Shown: positions 18,884 through 28,713, counted from the first letter of the stretch. The stretch is DNA of 64,000 nt from an uncultured Parapedobacter sp. (GCA_964613725.1 CAZTJY010000001.1:1256-65255), one strand, 5' to 3'. Program-made: numbers and translations. Notes: generated from the letters alone by a model not told the origin.

Positions 18884-18909
18884 CTATTGTGTAAACGAAA
18901 TAGAATAGC

Positions 18910-19500
18910 TTGCCGATAGTGAATGAAGAGGCCGTAAAGCAGCATATTGCAGGTTGCCTTAAATACGATACGCAAAGTCAATATGCCTTGTTCAAGTATT
19001 TCTATAGCTTCGCTATGGGAATATGTCGGCGATATGCCCGTCATTCGGATGATGCATCGGATATTCTGAACGAAAGCTTCTTGAAAATATTCAACCGTAT
19101 TGAGCGTTACGATGCATCCAAACCGTTCAAGACTTGGATTGGCAAAATCATCACCAATACGGCGATCGACTATTACCGGTCTTCGCTCAAATTTGCTCAA
19201 CACGACGAAATCGAAGCATACGAACACATCAGCGATAGTGAAAGTATATATGATAACCTGGCGTACGACGATTTGCTGGCAATGGTCATGTCGCTAACTC
19301 CAGCGTACCGAACGGTTTTCAACCTGTATGCCATAGACGGGTACAGCCACCAGGAAATTGCGGATTTATTGGGTATCACCGTAAATACATCAAAATCAAA
19401 TTTGCATAAAGCGCGCAAAAGACTACAGGAACTGTTGGCGGACGCCTCGGCACCAGGCCGCCTAAACGAGCCACACAGGCAAACGGCAGGTAAGCGGTAG
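18910..19500 (+). CDS. ECF RNA polymerase sigma-70 factor
   Basis: Region 2 (DILNESFLKIF, FKTWIGKIITNTAIDYYR) and region 4 (YRTVFNLYAIDGYSHQEIADLLGITVNTSKSNL). Confidence 0.95.
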   Translation: MPIVNEEAVKQHIAGCLKYDTQSQYALFKYFYSFAMGICRRYARHSDDASDILNESFLKIFNRIERYDASKPFKTWIGKIITNTAIDYYRSSLKFAQHDEIEAYEHISDSESIYDNLAYDDLLAMVMSLTPAYRTVFNLYAIDGYSHQEIADLLGITVNTSKSNLHKARKRLQELLADASAPGRLNEPHRQTAGKR

Positions 19501-19515
19501 CAAAAGGAATGTGAA

Positions 19516-20661
19516 ATGGAAGAGAAACACCCCATAGATAAACTTTTCAGGGACGGGTTAAACAAGGCCGACATCCCATTCGATGAGCGCGCCTGGACTA
19601 CTTTGTCGCGAAAGATGCGACCACGTAGACGATGGCGCCTCCTGATTGGCATCGGCAGTGGGGTAGCCGCAGCTGTAGCCATCGCAGCCATTTCGCTATT
19701 CAACGGACATGAACGGGAGGTAACACATCCTGAACAACATGCCGCATCGCAACAGCCGGCCGCACCGTCGAAATCCGTAATGCCCACGCCCGGCCGACCT
19801 GCTTCCGCCGATCCAACCTATTCGGCCGTACCATATAGTAAGCATCCATCGATACCCATCGCCCACCCGCAACCGACGGGTGAGGAGTCGCTCCTTGCCC
19901 CAACATCTGTCCGATTACATGAGCTGACCGCGGCCGCCTTTCCCAATGATTTTTACCGCCGAAGACCGCAGCACGTAGCCACGGCATTACCGGTTCGCTC
20001 GCTTCAAAAAGCGCATACACGCACCAGTAACCAACCAATATCTGCTCTCGGAATACGGAATCGAGGATGGACACTGGGCATCATCGCAGCCCCCGACTTA
20101 TCGGGCTCTCAACCTTTCGGTGGTAAGCTTAGCAGCAATTTCGGACTTATGGCTACCTATCGCCTCAATGGCCGGCTCAGTATCAGCGCCGGTGTGCTTT
20201 ATGCCAAAAAACTATACCAGGCCGAATTTGCGGACTATCGCACCACGGGCAACCCGCTTTACTCCAAATACCCACCGATTACGGTAGATGCCGATTGCAA
20301 CGTGCTGGATATTCCGGTGAATATCAATGTCGACGTCGCACGCCAGCAGCGCGCTACCTGGTTTGCATCTGCCGGAGTATCCAGCTACCTGATGCTCAAG
20401 GAAACTTATGATTATACCTACCCACCGCACCAATATGGCGACTTGAAGCAGCTTACGCTGCGTAACCAAAACATGCATGTCCTTGGCATCGCCAACTTAT
20501 CGGTGGGTTATCGCCGTCAACTTAGTGGTGCCGTAAACCTTACCTTACAGCCATTCGTCAAAGTTCCGCTTACAGGGATCGGCAATGGCAAGATCAAACT
20601 TTATTCCTCCGGCGTGGCCATATCGGCTGATGTGGACCTTACACGTTTCAGAAAACAGTAA
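19516..20661 (+). CDS. Putative dual-membrane-spanning anti-sigma factor (short N-domain, TM, disordered linker, OM beta-barrel)
   Basis: Directly follows the ECF gene; IDKLFRDGL...W N-domain, one TM after RRRWR, Pro/Ser/Ala-rich linker and an amphipathic beta-strand C-domain (LDIPVNI motif). Confidence 0.7.
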   Translation: MEEKHPIDKLFRDGLNKADIPFDERAWTTLSRKMRPRRRWRLLIGIGSGVAAAVAIAAISLFNGHEREVTHPEQHAASQQPAAPSKSVMPTPGRPASADPTYSAVPYSKHPSIPIAHPQPTGEESLLAPTSVRLHELTAAAFPNDFYRRRPQHVATALPVRSLQKAHTRTSNQPISALGIRNRGWTLGIIAAPDLSGSQPFGGKLSSNFGLMATYRLNGRLSISAGVLYAKKLYQAEFADYRTTGNPLYSKYPPITVDADCNVLDIPVNINVDVARQQRATWFASAGVSSYLMLKETYDYTYPPHQYGDLKQLTLRNQNMHVLGIANLSVGYRRQLSGAVNLTLQPFVKVPLTGIGNGKIKLYSSGVAISADVDLTRFRKQ

Positions 20662-20690
20662 CCGACCTTGTGTCTTTCCGTCACATTCCG

Positions 20691-20698
20691 TACTTTTG
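20691..20698 (+). promoter_or_regulatory. Putative -7 element TACTTTTG for the EEP gene
   Basis: TAnnTTTG match about 55 nt upstream of ATG 20752. Confidence 0.45.
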
Positions 20699-20751
20699 GC
20701 AGAGCTAATAGCCCGTGCCAATTACCGATCCCTCACAGCGAGTTTCAACAT

Positions 20752-21765
20752 ATGTATAAAAACAGCAAAACAATACACAGCCGCTTGACGACAAGAAAGT
20801 CATTTCTAAAACAATCCGCTTTATCACTTCTTGGTTTAAGTTTACTTTCTTCAACGAAAACGGCGCTTGCGGACGAAAAAGCACGACAAGGCTTTGTTCC
20901 TAAGCGCACCTTCGGTAGCGATGCAAAAACCATCCGGTCTATCTCATACAACATCTTCAATGGCTGCATTGGATATAAGGGTATCAATGGTCGCGGATTG
21001 CCGGATGGCGAACAGAGCACTTTAATTAAGGCCGCGAGGGATTTGGGACAAATCCCTATGCGGATTATGCATGAGTTAGCGTTGTACCGACCCGATATCA
21101 TCAATTTTTCCGAGGGACCCGATGAAGAAACCGTTGCGGAAATGGCAAAGATACTCGGCATGGCGTATGCATTCTTTCCTGGTGGCAAAAATGGTTCGGG
21201 GAACCACCCAGGAGCTATTCTCACCAATTTTGAGATCCTAAGCTCCGAAACGAGGCCATTTTCAGACAAGAGCGATGACCTAGAGGAACTCTTCACCCGG
21301 CACTGGGGGAAAGCGAAACTTCGATTGCCAAACGGTAAATCAATCGTTGTCCATTCCGCCCACTTATGGCCTTTTGCGAAAGAAGAGAACGATACCCGCA
21401 TCCGATTGGAGGAAATCGCGGCGATGCTGGCAGCCGTAGCGCATGATGCCGGCGATGTCGACTCCATCCTCCTACAGGGCGACCTGAACCATAGCCCGGA
21501 CACCGAGGAATACAAGCGCTTAAACAGCGGTTCATTGGTCGACGCATTTACAGCGGCTGGCCGAGGCGATGGCTTTACGGCCAATGCCATTAAACCCGCC
21601 AAGCGGATCGACTACATTTATTGTGCCGGTAGGCTAGCCAATCAAATCATTGCATGCCGTCCTTTATATGAAGGAAGCTTCCGGATGAACAACGACGACC
21701 CGAATGGATTCGCCTTGAGTGACCATCTTCCGGTATTGGCCGATTTCGGATTAGGCACCGCGTGA
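20752..21765 (+). CDS. Endonuclease/exonuclease/phosphatase family protein with Tat-like signal
   Basis: Motifs ISYNI, PDIINFSE, GDLN, RIDYIY and SDHLPV; N-terminal TRKSFLK followed by a hydrophobic stretch. Confidence 0.88.
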   Translation: MYKNSKTIHSRLTTRKSFLKQSALSLLGLSLLSSTKTALADEKARQGFVPKRTFGSDAKTIRSISYNIFNGCIGYKGINGRGLPDGEQSTLIKAARDLGQIPMRIMHELALYRPDIINFSEGPDEETVAEMAKILGMAYAFFPGGKNGSGNHPGAILTNFEILSSETRPFSDKSDDLEELFTRHWGKAKLRLPNGKSIVVHSAHLWPFAKEENDTRIRLEEIAAMLAAVAHDAGDVDSILLQGDLNHSPDTEEYKRLNSGSLVDAFTAAGRGDGFTANAIKPAKRIDYIYCAGRLANQIIACRPLYEGSFRMNNDDPNGFALSDHLPVLADFGLGTA

Positions 21766-22758
21766 TTAAAGCGCACTGCCGGCACCAAGCTGGCCCAATA
21801 TGGAAAATACAGGCATACATACCCGTAGCAATTGGTTTGGAAGTATACCGAAATGCTTTCGGAAAGCGGCAGTGAAATGCGAAGCATATTTATAACCGAC
21901 CTCTTGGGCCACCGCTGCCACCTTTAGTTCCTTGGCAAGCAACAACGATTTCGCCAACTCCATGCGCCGGGCAGTGAGGTAACCGAATACCGTAGTACCG
22001 TAAACCGCTTTGAACTGTTTCTTCAGTGTAGCCTCATTAGTACCCACCGCATGAGCCAAGCCAACCAACGAATAAGATTGGGCAGGTTGGTCGTGCAACA
22101 AATCTCTCACCTTTTGCATCCGTTCCAACTCGTCGGGGCGCAGTTGCACGGAACGTCCCCTATTATCCAGGGTATCCGTCCGTTCCAGGAAGAGCACCCA
22201 TAGTTCGGTAAGTTTCAACTGGGTATAGGCAGGCTGTAAATATGCCGGCTTCTTTTCTTGAAACAGTTGTTGGATAACCACAACCTTTCGCATCCCCAGC
22301 ACCATGCCATTCCCGCCCAATAACCAGGTACATGTATCGGTACGCAAGAACTTGCGGAGATACGACGGGCCACTGGCCGCAGGCAGCGGGAAATCCGGAA
22401 CCTCGACAATCAGCATGAGCAGTTCACAGGTATCCCCCCCCTCCAAGGCGAGGTCTTGCGTACACCCCCCTTTTACCAGAGAACAGTTGCTTTCGCCGTC
22501 CGAAAAACGTTTTACTCGCCCGTGGCACCCTACCTCGATGCCTTTCCCTTTTGCCACATAAACCAGGCGGACCTCTGACTGCGGTTGCGCCAGCATCTGG
22601 AAACGGTAGACGTCATCCGACGTATGGAACTGATAATATCGGAAGACACCCGATCGCCTGATCGTCACCCGACCACCCGCCAATATTTCCACCCGGCTAT
22701 CTCCATCCGCCAATCCCTCGTGCGTTAATCCGACAATACCATCTATATATTCCGCCAT
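21766..22758 (-). CDS. AraC family transcriptional regulator (PchR/YbtA-like)
   Basis: C-terminal double HTH: LAHAVGTNEATLKKQFKAVYGTTVFGYL...VAQEVGYKYASHFTAAFRKHFG. Confidence 0.9.
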   Translation of the reverse strand: MAEYIDGIVGLTHEGLADGDSRVEILAGGRVTIRRSGVFRYYQFHTSDDVYRFQMLAQPQSEVRLVYVAKGKGIEVGCHGRVKRFSDGESNCSLVKGGCTQDLALEGGDTCELLMLIVEVPDFPLPAASGPSYLRKFLRTDTCTWLLGGNGMVLGMRKVVVIQQLFQEKKPAYLQPAYTQLKLTELWVLFLERTDTLDNRGRSVQLRPDELERMQKVRDLLHDQPAQSYSLVGLAHAVGTNEATLKKQFKAVYGTTVFGYLTARRMELAKSLLLAKELKVAAVAQEVGYKYASHFTAAFRKHFGILPNQLLRVCMPVFSILGQLGAGSAL

Positions 22759-22806
22759 TTATAATTGAAATTCCGTTTTTTATAATTTTCAGGTCACCTG
22801 CAATCC

Positions 22807-22850
22807 TATATTTGCGCCAAATATAAGTTATTTAGACTACATAAAAATAA
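22807..22850. promoter_or_regulatory. Face-to-face -7 elements (TATATTTG-cgc-CAAATATA) plus AT-rich dyad TTATTTAGACTACATAAAAATAA (candidate Fur-type operator)
   Basis: Perfect 8-bp inverted repeat at 22807-22825; dyad at 22828-22850 abuts the receptor ATG. Confidence 0.55.
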
Positions 22851-25294
22851 TGGTCCCTGCGAAATCTAGTTATTGTTGTTTTTCCTTCGCGTTATTCCTC
22901 CTCAGCAGTACCTTGGCCTACGCACAAACCGGTGTCCTCTCGGGTTCGGTAGCTACCTCTTCGGGGCAACCCGTGGCGGGCGCTTCGATTACGCTCAGCC
23001 CGAGCAACCGGGGAACCATGACCGACGAACATGGCCACTATACCCTATCGGGGGTACCCTATGGCGAGTATACATTGGCGGTCACTTCGCTAGAAATCCA
23101 GCCGGTGGAAACGCGGGTAGCCATCAATCGACCCCACCAGCGTCAGGACATTACTGCGAATAACGGAGGAGTTACCCGACTGGGTGAGGCTAACGTGTCG
23201 CGAAACAGCGAAAAATGGGAAATCGAGACCCAAGGCTTTGCCGTAGCCGTTGTAGAAACCAAAGAAGCTTCCGTACGGAATCTGACTACCAACGAATTAC
23301 TGGACCGTACCGTGGGCGTACGTGTGCGCCAAAGCGGCGGACTAGGATCAGAGATTGAATATAACCTCAACGGGATGACAGGGAGGTCCGTCGGCATTTT
23401 CATTGATGGCATCGAAATATCTACATATGGGTCGTCGTTTAACCTGAACAACATCCCGCCGGCGATGATTGAACGAATCGAGGTGTACAAAGGTGTACTG
23501 CCAGCGCACTTATCAGGCGATCTCCTCGGTGGCGCTATCAATATCGTATTAAAAAAGGGAAACTCCGCCAACAGTTTGACCGCCGCGATATCTTATGGGT
23601 CATTCAATACCCTACAGGCCGATTTGAGCGGCCAATACCGCAATCCGAAGAACGGATTCACAACAAAGGTTTCGGGATTTTACACCGCTACCGACAACGA
23701 TTACGAACAATGGGGTAAATTTTCGAAATACATCGAACCAAATGGTGTAGTGGTCCGCAACTTTCGGACGAAACGCTTTTTCGACGGGTACCGCACATTA
23801 GGTGGACGAGCGGAGTTCGGATATACGGATGTTAATTGGGCGGACGTTTTCCTGATCGGTTACAACGTCTCCGATTCCTATAATGAAATCCAGCATGGGC
23901 AAACCATGGGCACCCCTTACATGGGTCGGACGGCCGAAGCCGAAGCCCACGTACTGAGCTTAAATTATAGCAAACGTGACCTGTTTACCAAGGGGCTCAG
24001 CTTGAATGTCAACGGTGTCTACAGCCGGCGAAATACGTATGTCCAAGATACCATCCCGTGGGCGTACAACTGGGACGGCACCATCCGGATGGACCTGAAT
24101 GGCAACCCCCTGCGCCGACCGGATGGGGCGCAGCAAGGCGAACCGACGATGGCCGACATCGACCGGCAGATCGCCAACATTAGGTCAACCGTGAACTATG
24201 TTGTTTTTCCCGGCCATCGACTATCGCTCAACCATGTCTACTACACAGTTGACCGACAGGACAGCGATCTGCTCCATCCGGTAGGACCCGATGCATTGAG
24301 AAGCTCGAACGACTTATCTAAAAATGTGTTCTCGTTCAATTATGAGGTGCAGATGTTTGGCGACCGACTACGCACCAACCTATTTGTTAAACGTTATCAG
24401 CAATCGCTCATGAGCCTCACCTACCGGGGGACGGTCGCTGACGGCGGGGCCGTAATCAACGAAGACGTCGTACGAGATACCCGGCACCATATGGGATATG
24501 GTGCGGCTGTATCCTACGCACTCACCCCCATAGCCATGCTCATCACGTCGGCCGAACGGGCAGTACGCATGCCGGGTGGTAATGAGATTTTCGGTAATCC
24601 CGACCAAAACCTGCTACCCAGTCCAGCATTGCAGCCCGAAATTAGTGATAATTATAATCTCGGCTTCCGGTTAGGTACGTTTGGGTTCAACGAGCATCGA
24701 TTGGTTACCTCTGCCAATATTTTCTGGCGTAACGTTAAAGACCGGATCATGCCACAAACAAACGAACTCATTAGCCAGCAAGAGATCGAACAGACGCAGT
24801 ACATAAATCTCGGATTATCCCAATCACTAGGTTTTGAAGGTGAGATTTCCTATCGTTACCAAGATGACCTCACCGCCATGGTCAATTTCTCCAAGTTCAA
24901 TTCGCTATTCAAACAGGAATTTGATCCCGAAACTGGCCAACGGATGACTTATTACAACACACAAATTCCGAACGAGCCCTTCTTTACGGTAAACGCCAAT
25001 ATACACTATCGGTTCCACCATGTCATCCAGAAAGCGTCGGAGTTGAACCTGTTTTACACCCTTGGATACGTACATCCGTTCCGAACGGTATGGCCAGAGT
25101 CCGATTGGTTCGTTACACCCGCCCAGTATCTGCATAATGTAGGCGCAAGCTACCGGTTCCCGAGCCGTAAACTCATCGTGAGTGTGGACCTGAAGAACAT
25201 CTTGAATAATGAAATATACGACAATTTCGGCGTACAAAAACCCGGCAGGGCCGCCTATTTGAAACTTACATATACAATCAATAATTTTCAATAA
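22850..25294 (+). CDS. TonB-dependent receptor, probable iron/siderophore uptake (XusA-like)
   Basis: Signal peptide, carboxypeptidase-regulatory-like N-domain, plug motif IERIEVYKG...LGGAINIV and C-terminal NFGVQKPGRAAYLKLTY. Confidence 0.9.
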   Translation: MVPAKSSYCCFSFALFLLSSTLAYAQTGVLSGSVATSSGQPVAGASITLSPSNRGTMTDEHGHYTLSGVPYGEYTLAVTSLEIQPVETRVAINRPHQRQDITANNGGVTRLGEANVSRNSEKWEIETQGFAVAVVETKEASVRNLTTNELLDRTVGVRVRQSGGLGSEIEYNLNGMTGRSVGIFIDGIEISTYGSSFNLNNIPPAMIERIEVYKGVLPAHLSGDLLGGAINIVLKKGNSANSLTAAISYGSFNTLQADLSGQYRNPKNGFTTKVSGFYTATDNDYEQWGKFSKYIEPNGVVVRNFRTKRFFDGYRTLGGRAEFGYTDVNWADVFLIGYNVSDSYNEIQHGQTMGTPYMGRTAEAEAHVLSLNYSKRDLFTKGLSLNVNGVYSRRNTYVQDTIPWAYNWDGTIRMDLNGNPLRRPDGAQQGEPTMADIDRQIANIRSTVNYVVFPGHRLSLNHVYYTVDRQDSDLLHPVGPDALRSSNDLSKNVFSFNYEVQMFGDRLRTNLFVKRYQQSLMSLTYRGTVADGGAVINEDVVRDTRHHMGYGAAVSYALTPIAMLITSAERAVRMPGGNEIFGNPDQNLLPSPALQPEISDNYNLGFRLGTFGFNEHRLVTSANIFWRNVKDRIMPQTNELISQQEIEQTQYINLGLSQSLGFEGEISYRYQDDLTAMVNFSKFNSLFKQEFDPETGQRMTYYNTQIPNEPFFTVNANIHYRFHHVIQKASELNLFYTLGYVHPFRTVWPESDWFVTPAQYLHNVGASYRFPSRKLIVSVDLKNILNNEIYDNFGVQKPGRAAYLKLTYTINNFQ

Positions 25295-25308
25295 GTAACA
25301 CCAGTAAG

Positions 25309-26679
25309 ATGAATAAAGAACAGATAAAACATGTGCTTTTCGGTGCCGCAATCGTAGCCGTTGCTATTGGCGGCTGCGCGAAAGATAGTGGCCCAGATAC
25401 AGATCGACCAGACGAATCGGATCGGTGGATTACGATTTCCGGTGCAATGATGGACGATGAGGCCGGTGACGGCAACGGCGGCACGATGGTATACAGCGTA
25501 ACGCCCGAACAAGCGAAAAACCCGAATGTATCCATTAATGTTTTCGATAATGGAATGCATGTAAAATCCCAGCGAACAGCCCGGCTGCAGGCCTCTGCCG
25601 ACGGGAAGTTCCTGTACAACATCCAATATGTGGGCGATGATGGTGGGATATTCAATAAATATGCTGTACGCGGTGGAAAAGATTTTCGGCCTGATGGTCC
25701 GGAAGTCGCTACCGCGGATTATGTAAGCACCTCGCCCCGCTGGTTGAAGGCCATCGAAGGTGTAGGCGTGGCTGTGCGCGGAACCGCCAACGACGCCGTT
25801 TATATCGGAGAGCTTCCAAACATCGTATACCAGTATACCTCCACGAAGATCGATGTGATTACGCTGGATCTCAACGATCCTAAAATCACCGCAAACACCT
25901 CGTTCGAATTAAGGCTTTCTGAGGCGGAAGAAGCTGCTGGACACCATATCTGGCGCATCGATATGCCTGTGGTAAACCAAGCCAAGGATAAGGTATATAT
26001 CGGCGCAGGTGTACGCAAACTGGACCCCATGTCGTATACCCTTGGCGACGATGGTGTGCCCGAGTTTGACCGCGACAATGATGCCCCGGCCGCTTGGGCC
26101 AAAACCATCGTATTGGACTACCCTTCATTAAAAAACCCCAAGGTGATTACGTCCAGCCAGACGCGCGGTAGCACCAATGGTTATCGGAGCACCATGCAAT
26201 ATGTAGGCGACGACGGCCACGTTTACCAAGCCACCACGGGCGAAGGCATAAGCGGCGGCGGTTCCAAAATATTACGGATCAGTAAAAATACGGACGATTA
26301 CGATCCAGACTACGTATTTAGCCTTGATCAGGCCCTGGGCGTAACGGGTTCCCATATCGAAGCGTGGAAATATGCCGGTAATGGTATCGGGTTTGTCGTT
26401 TATAGCCTAGTGGATGAGGAAAGTGCCCGTACCAGTGGGCATATCGCACGGATTGATTTGAACAACGGAACCGGCACAAAATATTCGATTCCGAACGAAA
26501 CGGCATTGAATTTCCGTCAAATCCAAAGCATAGGTATTGACGGTAACGATGTATATATCGCCGTAGCCCCAATTGGACAAGACGGCAACATTTACATTTT
26601 CAACACCGATACCGGCGATATGAACGTGGGTGCCAAATTGATCAACAAGACGGGCAACCAATACATCGGGGTTTACTAA
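25309..26679 (+). CDS. Surface lipoprotein, DUF4374/XusB-like predicted beta-propeller
   Basis: Lipobox IGGC followed by an acidic stretch; beta-rich; ILRI...DYDPDYVFSL motif; lies between the TBDR and PepSY genes. Confidence 0.65.
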   Translation: MNKEQIKHVLFGAAIVAVAIGGCAKDSGPDTDRPDESDRWITISGAMMDDEAGDGNGGTMVYSVTPEQAKNPNVSINVFDNGMHVKSQRTARLQASADGKFLYNIQYVGDDGGIFNKYAVRGGKDFRPDGPEVATADYVSTSPRWLKAIEGVGVAVRGTANDAVYIGELPNIVYQYTSTKIDVITLDLNDPKITANTSFELRLSEAEEAAGHHIWRIDMPVVNQAKDKVYIGAGVRKLDPMSYTLGDDGVPEFDRDNDAPAAWAKTIVLDYPSLKNPKVITSSQTRGSTNGYRSTMQYVGDDGHVYQATTGEGISGGGSKILRISKNTDDYDPDYVFSLDQALGVTGSHIEAWKYAGNGIGFVVYSLVDEESARTSGHIARIDLNNGTGTKYSIPNETALNFRQIQSIGIDGNDVYIAVAPIGQDGNIYIFNTDTGDMNVGAKLINKTGNQYIGVY

Positions 26680-26696
26680 GCAAATAAAAAGGGCCG

Positions 26697-26728
26697 TGTC
26701 CCGGGTCGAGTGTAATCGATCCGGGACA
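26697..26728 (+). terminator. Intergenic stem-loop between the lipoprotein and PepSY genes
   Basis: TGTCCCGGGTCGA-gtgtaa-TCGATCCGGGACA: 13-bp stem with one G-U pair, followed by tcgctttt. Confidence 0.6.
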
Positions 26729-26757
26729 TCGCTTTTCGGGCTCCAAACTAAACGACC

Positions 26758-27999
26758 ATGGCAAAGAAAGTACGCAAAAAAACAACCTGGCAAAAGACCC
26801 GGAAGCTGTTCAACGACATCCATCTATGGGTAGGTCTCATCAGTGGCATCGTCGTCGTCGTCATCTGCTTCAGCGGCACCATCTACACTTACAATACCGA
26901 ACTGCGTGAATGGGCAGCACCCCATCTCCATCAGGTAGCGGTACCCACAGATACCGACCGGATCCCCGCCGAGTCGCTGATCCCGAAAATTACCGAGCTG
27001 TCCGGCGGTGCGGTCACGGCAGTAGGCATACCGGCAGACCCGGCGCGTACCTATACATTCACCACACGCGTGGAGGGTGATAACAGCCGTCGCGGCACCA
27101 TCTATTACGTCAATCCGTATACTGGGGCGGTGACGGGCAGTTCAAAGGAAGTGACCAAAACAGACGAATTTATGCAAATGTTATTCAGTTTGCACCGATG
27201 GTTGCTGCTCGACCGGATAGAAGAACCCCTCATTGGTGATTTACCCAACCGGACGCTGGGCAGTTATATATCGGGTGCCGCTACGATATTATTTACATTG
27301 GGCGTCTTAACGGGTATGGTCATTTGGTTCCCGCAAAAGCTGAGAAACTGGCGCCAAGGGCTTGCCATCAAGTGGAGCGCCAACTGGAAGCGCATTAACC
27401 ACGACCTTCATAATTCCTTGGCCTTCTATTCGCTTATTTTCTTATTCGTTATGGGCATCACCGGGCCGCAATGGTCCTTCCCTTGGTATCGAACGGGCCT
27501 CCAAAAGGCATTGGGCACGTACCAAGAACAACCGACACAACGTGGCGGAGATGGGCAACGCGGACGCTCCGCAAGCACCGCCGTCAAAACGGATGCCAGG
27601 GCACGGGCTGAACAGGCCGCTCCCACTCCGCTTCTCCCCTTCTCGGCTTACCTCGCAGCTACGGATGTGGCGCTACCTTACCTGGGCGATTACCAGTTGT
27701 CCCTGCCACAGAACGGAGGTACAGCCTTATCCATCCGGAAAAACCGAACAGGCTTTTTTGCACCGGCGGCCAGTGACCAGGTGACCGTGGATGCTACAAC
27801 AGCTAAAGTGACGGAGGTAGCTATATTCCGAGATAAACCATTCAATGAGCGCGTGTCAAGTTCCATCAAAGCACTGCATGTGGGCAATGTATATGGCCCG
27901 TTTACCAAACTGCTCTATTTTTTTGCATGTTTGATAGCCACCACCTTACCCATCACCGGAACGATGATCTGGCTTAATAAAATGAAGAAACGGCGTTAA
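26758..27999 (+). CDS. PepSY-associated TM helix domain protein (XusC-like, putative ferric-siderophore reductase)
   Basis: Motifs IHLWVGL, YVNPYTG, LHRWLL, DLHNSLAFY and LHVGNVYG. Confidence 0.9.
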   Translation: MAKKVRKKTTWQKTRKLFNDIHLWVGLISGIVVVVICFSGTIYTYNTELREWAAPHLHQVAVPTDTDRIPAESLIPKITELSGGAVTAVGIPADPARTYTFTTRVEGDNSRRGTIYYVNPYTGAVTGSSKEVTKTDEFMQMLFSLHRWLLLDRIEEPLIGDLPNRTLGSYISGAATILFTLGVLTGMVIWFPQKLRNWRQGLAIKWSANWKRINHDLHNSLAFYSLIFLFVMGITGPQWSFPWYRTGLQKALGTYQEQPTQRGGDGQRGRSASTAVKTDARARAEQAAPTPLLPFSAYLAATDVALPYLGDYQLSLPQNGGTALSIRKNRTGFFAPAASDQVTVDATTAKVTEVAIFRDKPFNERVSSSIKALHVGNVYGPFTKLLYFFACLIATTLPITGTMIWLNKMKKRR

Positions 28000-28057
28000 T
28001 GTTGATGGAGTTCTTCGGCAGATTCCTTGCTTGTGACCTGACCTACGCCGTCGGATC

Positions 28058-28540
28058 TCAAGCCCGTTCAATCAGGCACACTGCGTAAGCTACAACGCCC
28101 TCTTCCCGTCCGATGAATCCCATGGTTTCATTGGTTGTAGCCTTAATGGAAATATCTTCGTCAGTAATACCGGCTGAGGCTGCAATGTGCTTTTTCATCG
28201 CTGGGATGTAAGGTTTTATTTTGGGCGCTTCCAAGCATAGCATGGCATCGATGTTCCCAAGCACCCAGCCTTTGGCTGATAATAATTTCACACATTCCTC
28301 TAAAAGCAGGAGGCTACTTACACCACGCCACCGCTCATCGGTATTAGGAAAATGGTAACCAATGTCTTCCAGGTTGGCCGCACCAAGTAGGGCATCACAT
28401 ATCGCGTGGACGAGGACATCGGCATCCGAATGGCCAAATGCGCCGGCATGGTGCTCTAACTGTACCCCTCCTAGAATGAACGGATGGCCATCTTTCAACT
28501 GGTGCACGTCAAAACCGAAACCTACTTTTATTTTAGTCAT
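28058..28540 (-). CDS. ispF: 2-C-methyl-D-erythritol 2,4-cyclodiphosphate synthase
   Basis: Motifs GFGFDVH, GHSDADVLVHAICDALLGA, DIGYHFP and KATTNE.MGFIGREEG. Confidence 0.97.
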   Translation of the reverse strand: MTKIKVGFGFDVHQLKDGHPFILGGVQLEHHAGAFGHSDADVLVHAICDALLGAANLEDIGYHFPNTDERWRGVSSLLLLEECVKLLSAKGWVLGNIDAMLCLEAPKIKPYIPAMKKHIAASAGITDEDISIKATTNETMGFIGREEGVVAYAVCLIERA

Positions 28541-28600
28541 AAGTCGTTAGTCCGGTAACTACAATTATCAACTGTTAATTCAACTTGAATTACCAACCGT

Positions 28601-28632
28601 CAAACATAGGGAAATACCTAGACAATCTCAAA
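28601..28632 (-). promoter_or_regulatory. Putative primary-sigma promoter of ispF (TTTG-N20-TATGTTTG)
   Basis: Plus strand shows CAAACATA at 28601-28608 and CAAA at 28629-28632. Confidence 0.5.
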
Positions 28633-28713
28633 TGGTACGAGTTTTGCACGATTTAGAGCGTTACATATACTCGAAAAAAGATTTTAGTTGCGGGTAAACT
28701 CCAATAATTTACT

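Noticed and set aside
20745-21602. 285-aa minus-strand ORF
   Set aside because: Antisense to the EEP hydrolase, which has the full motif set
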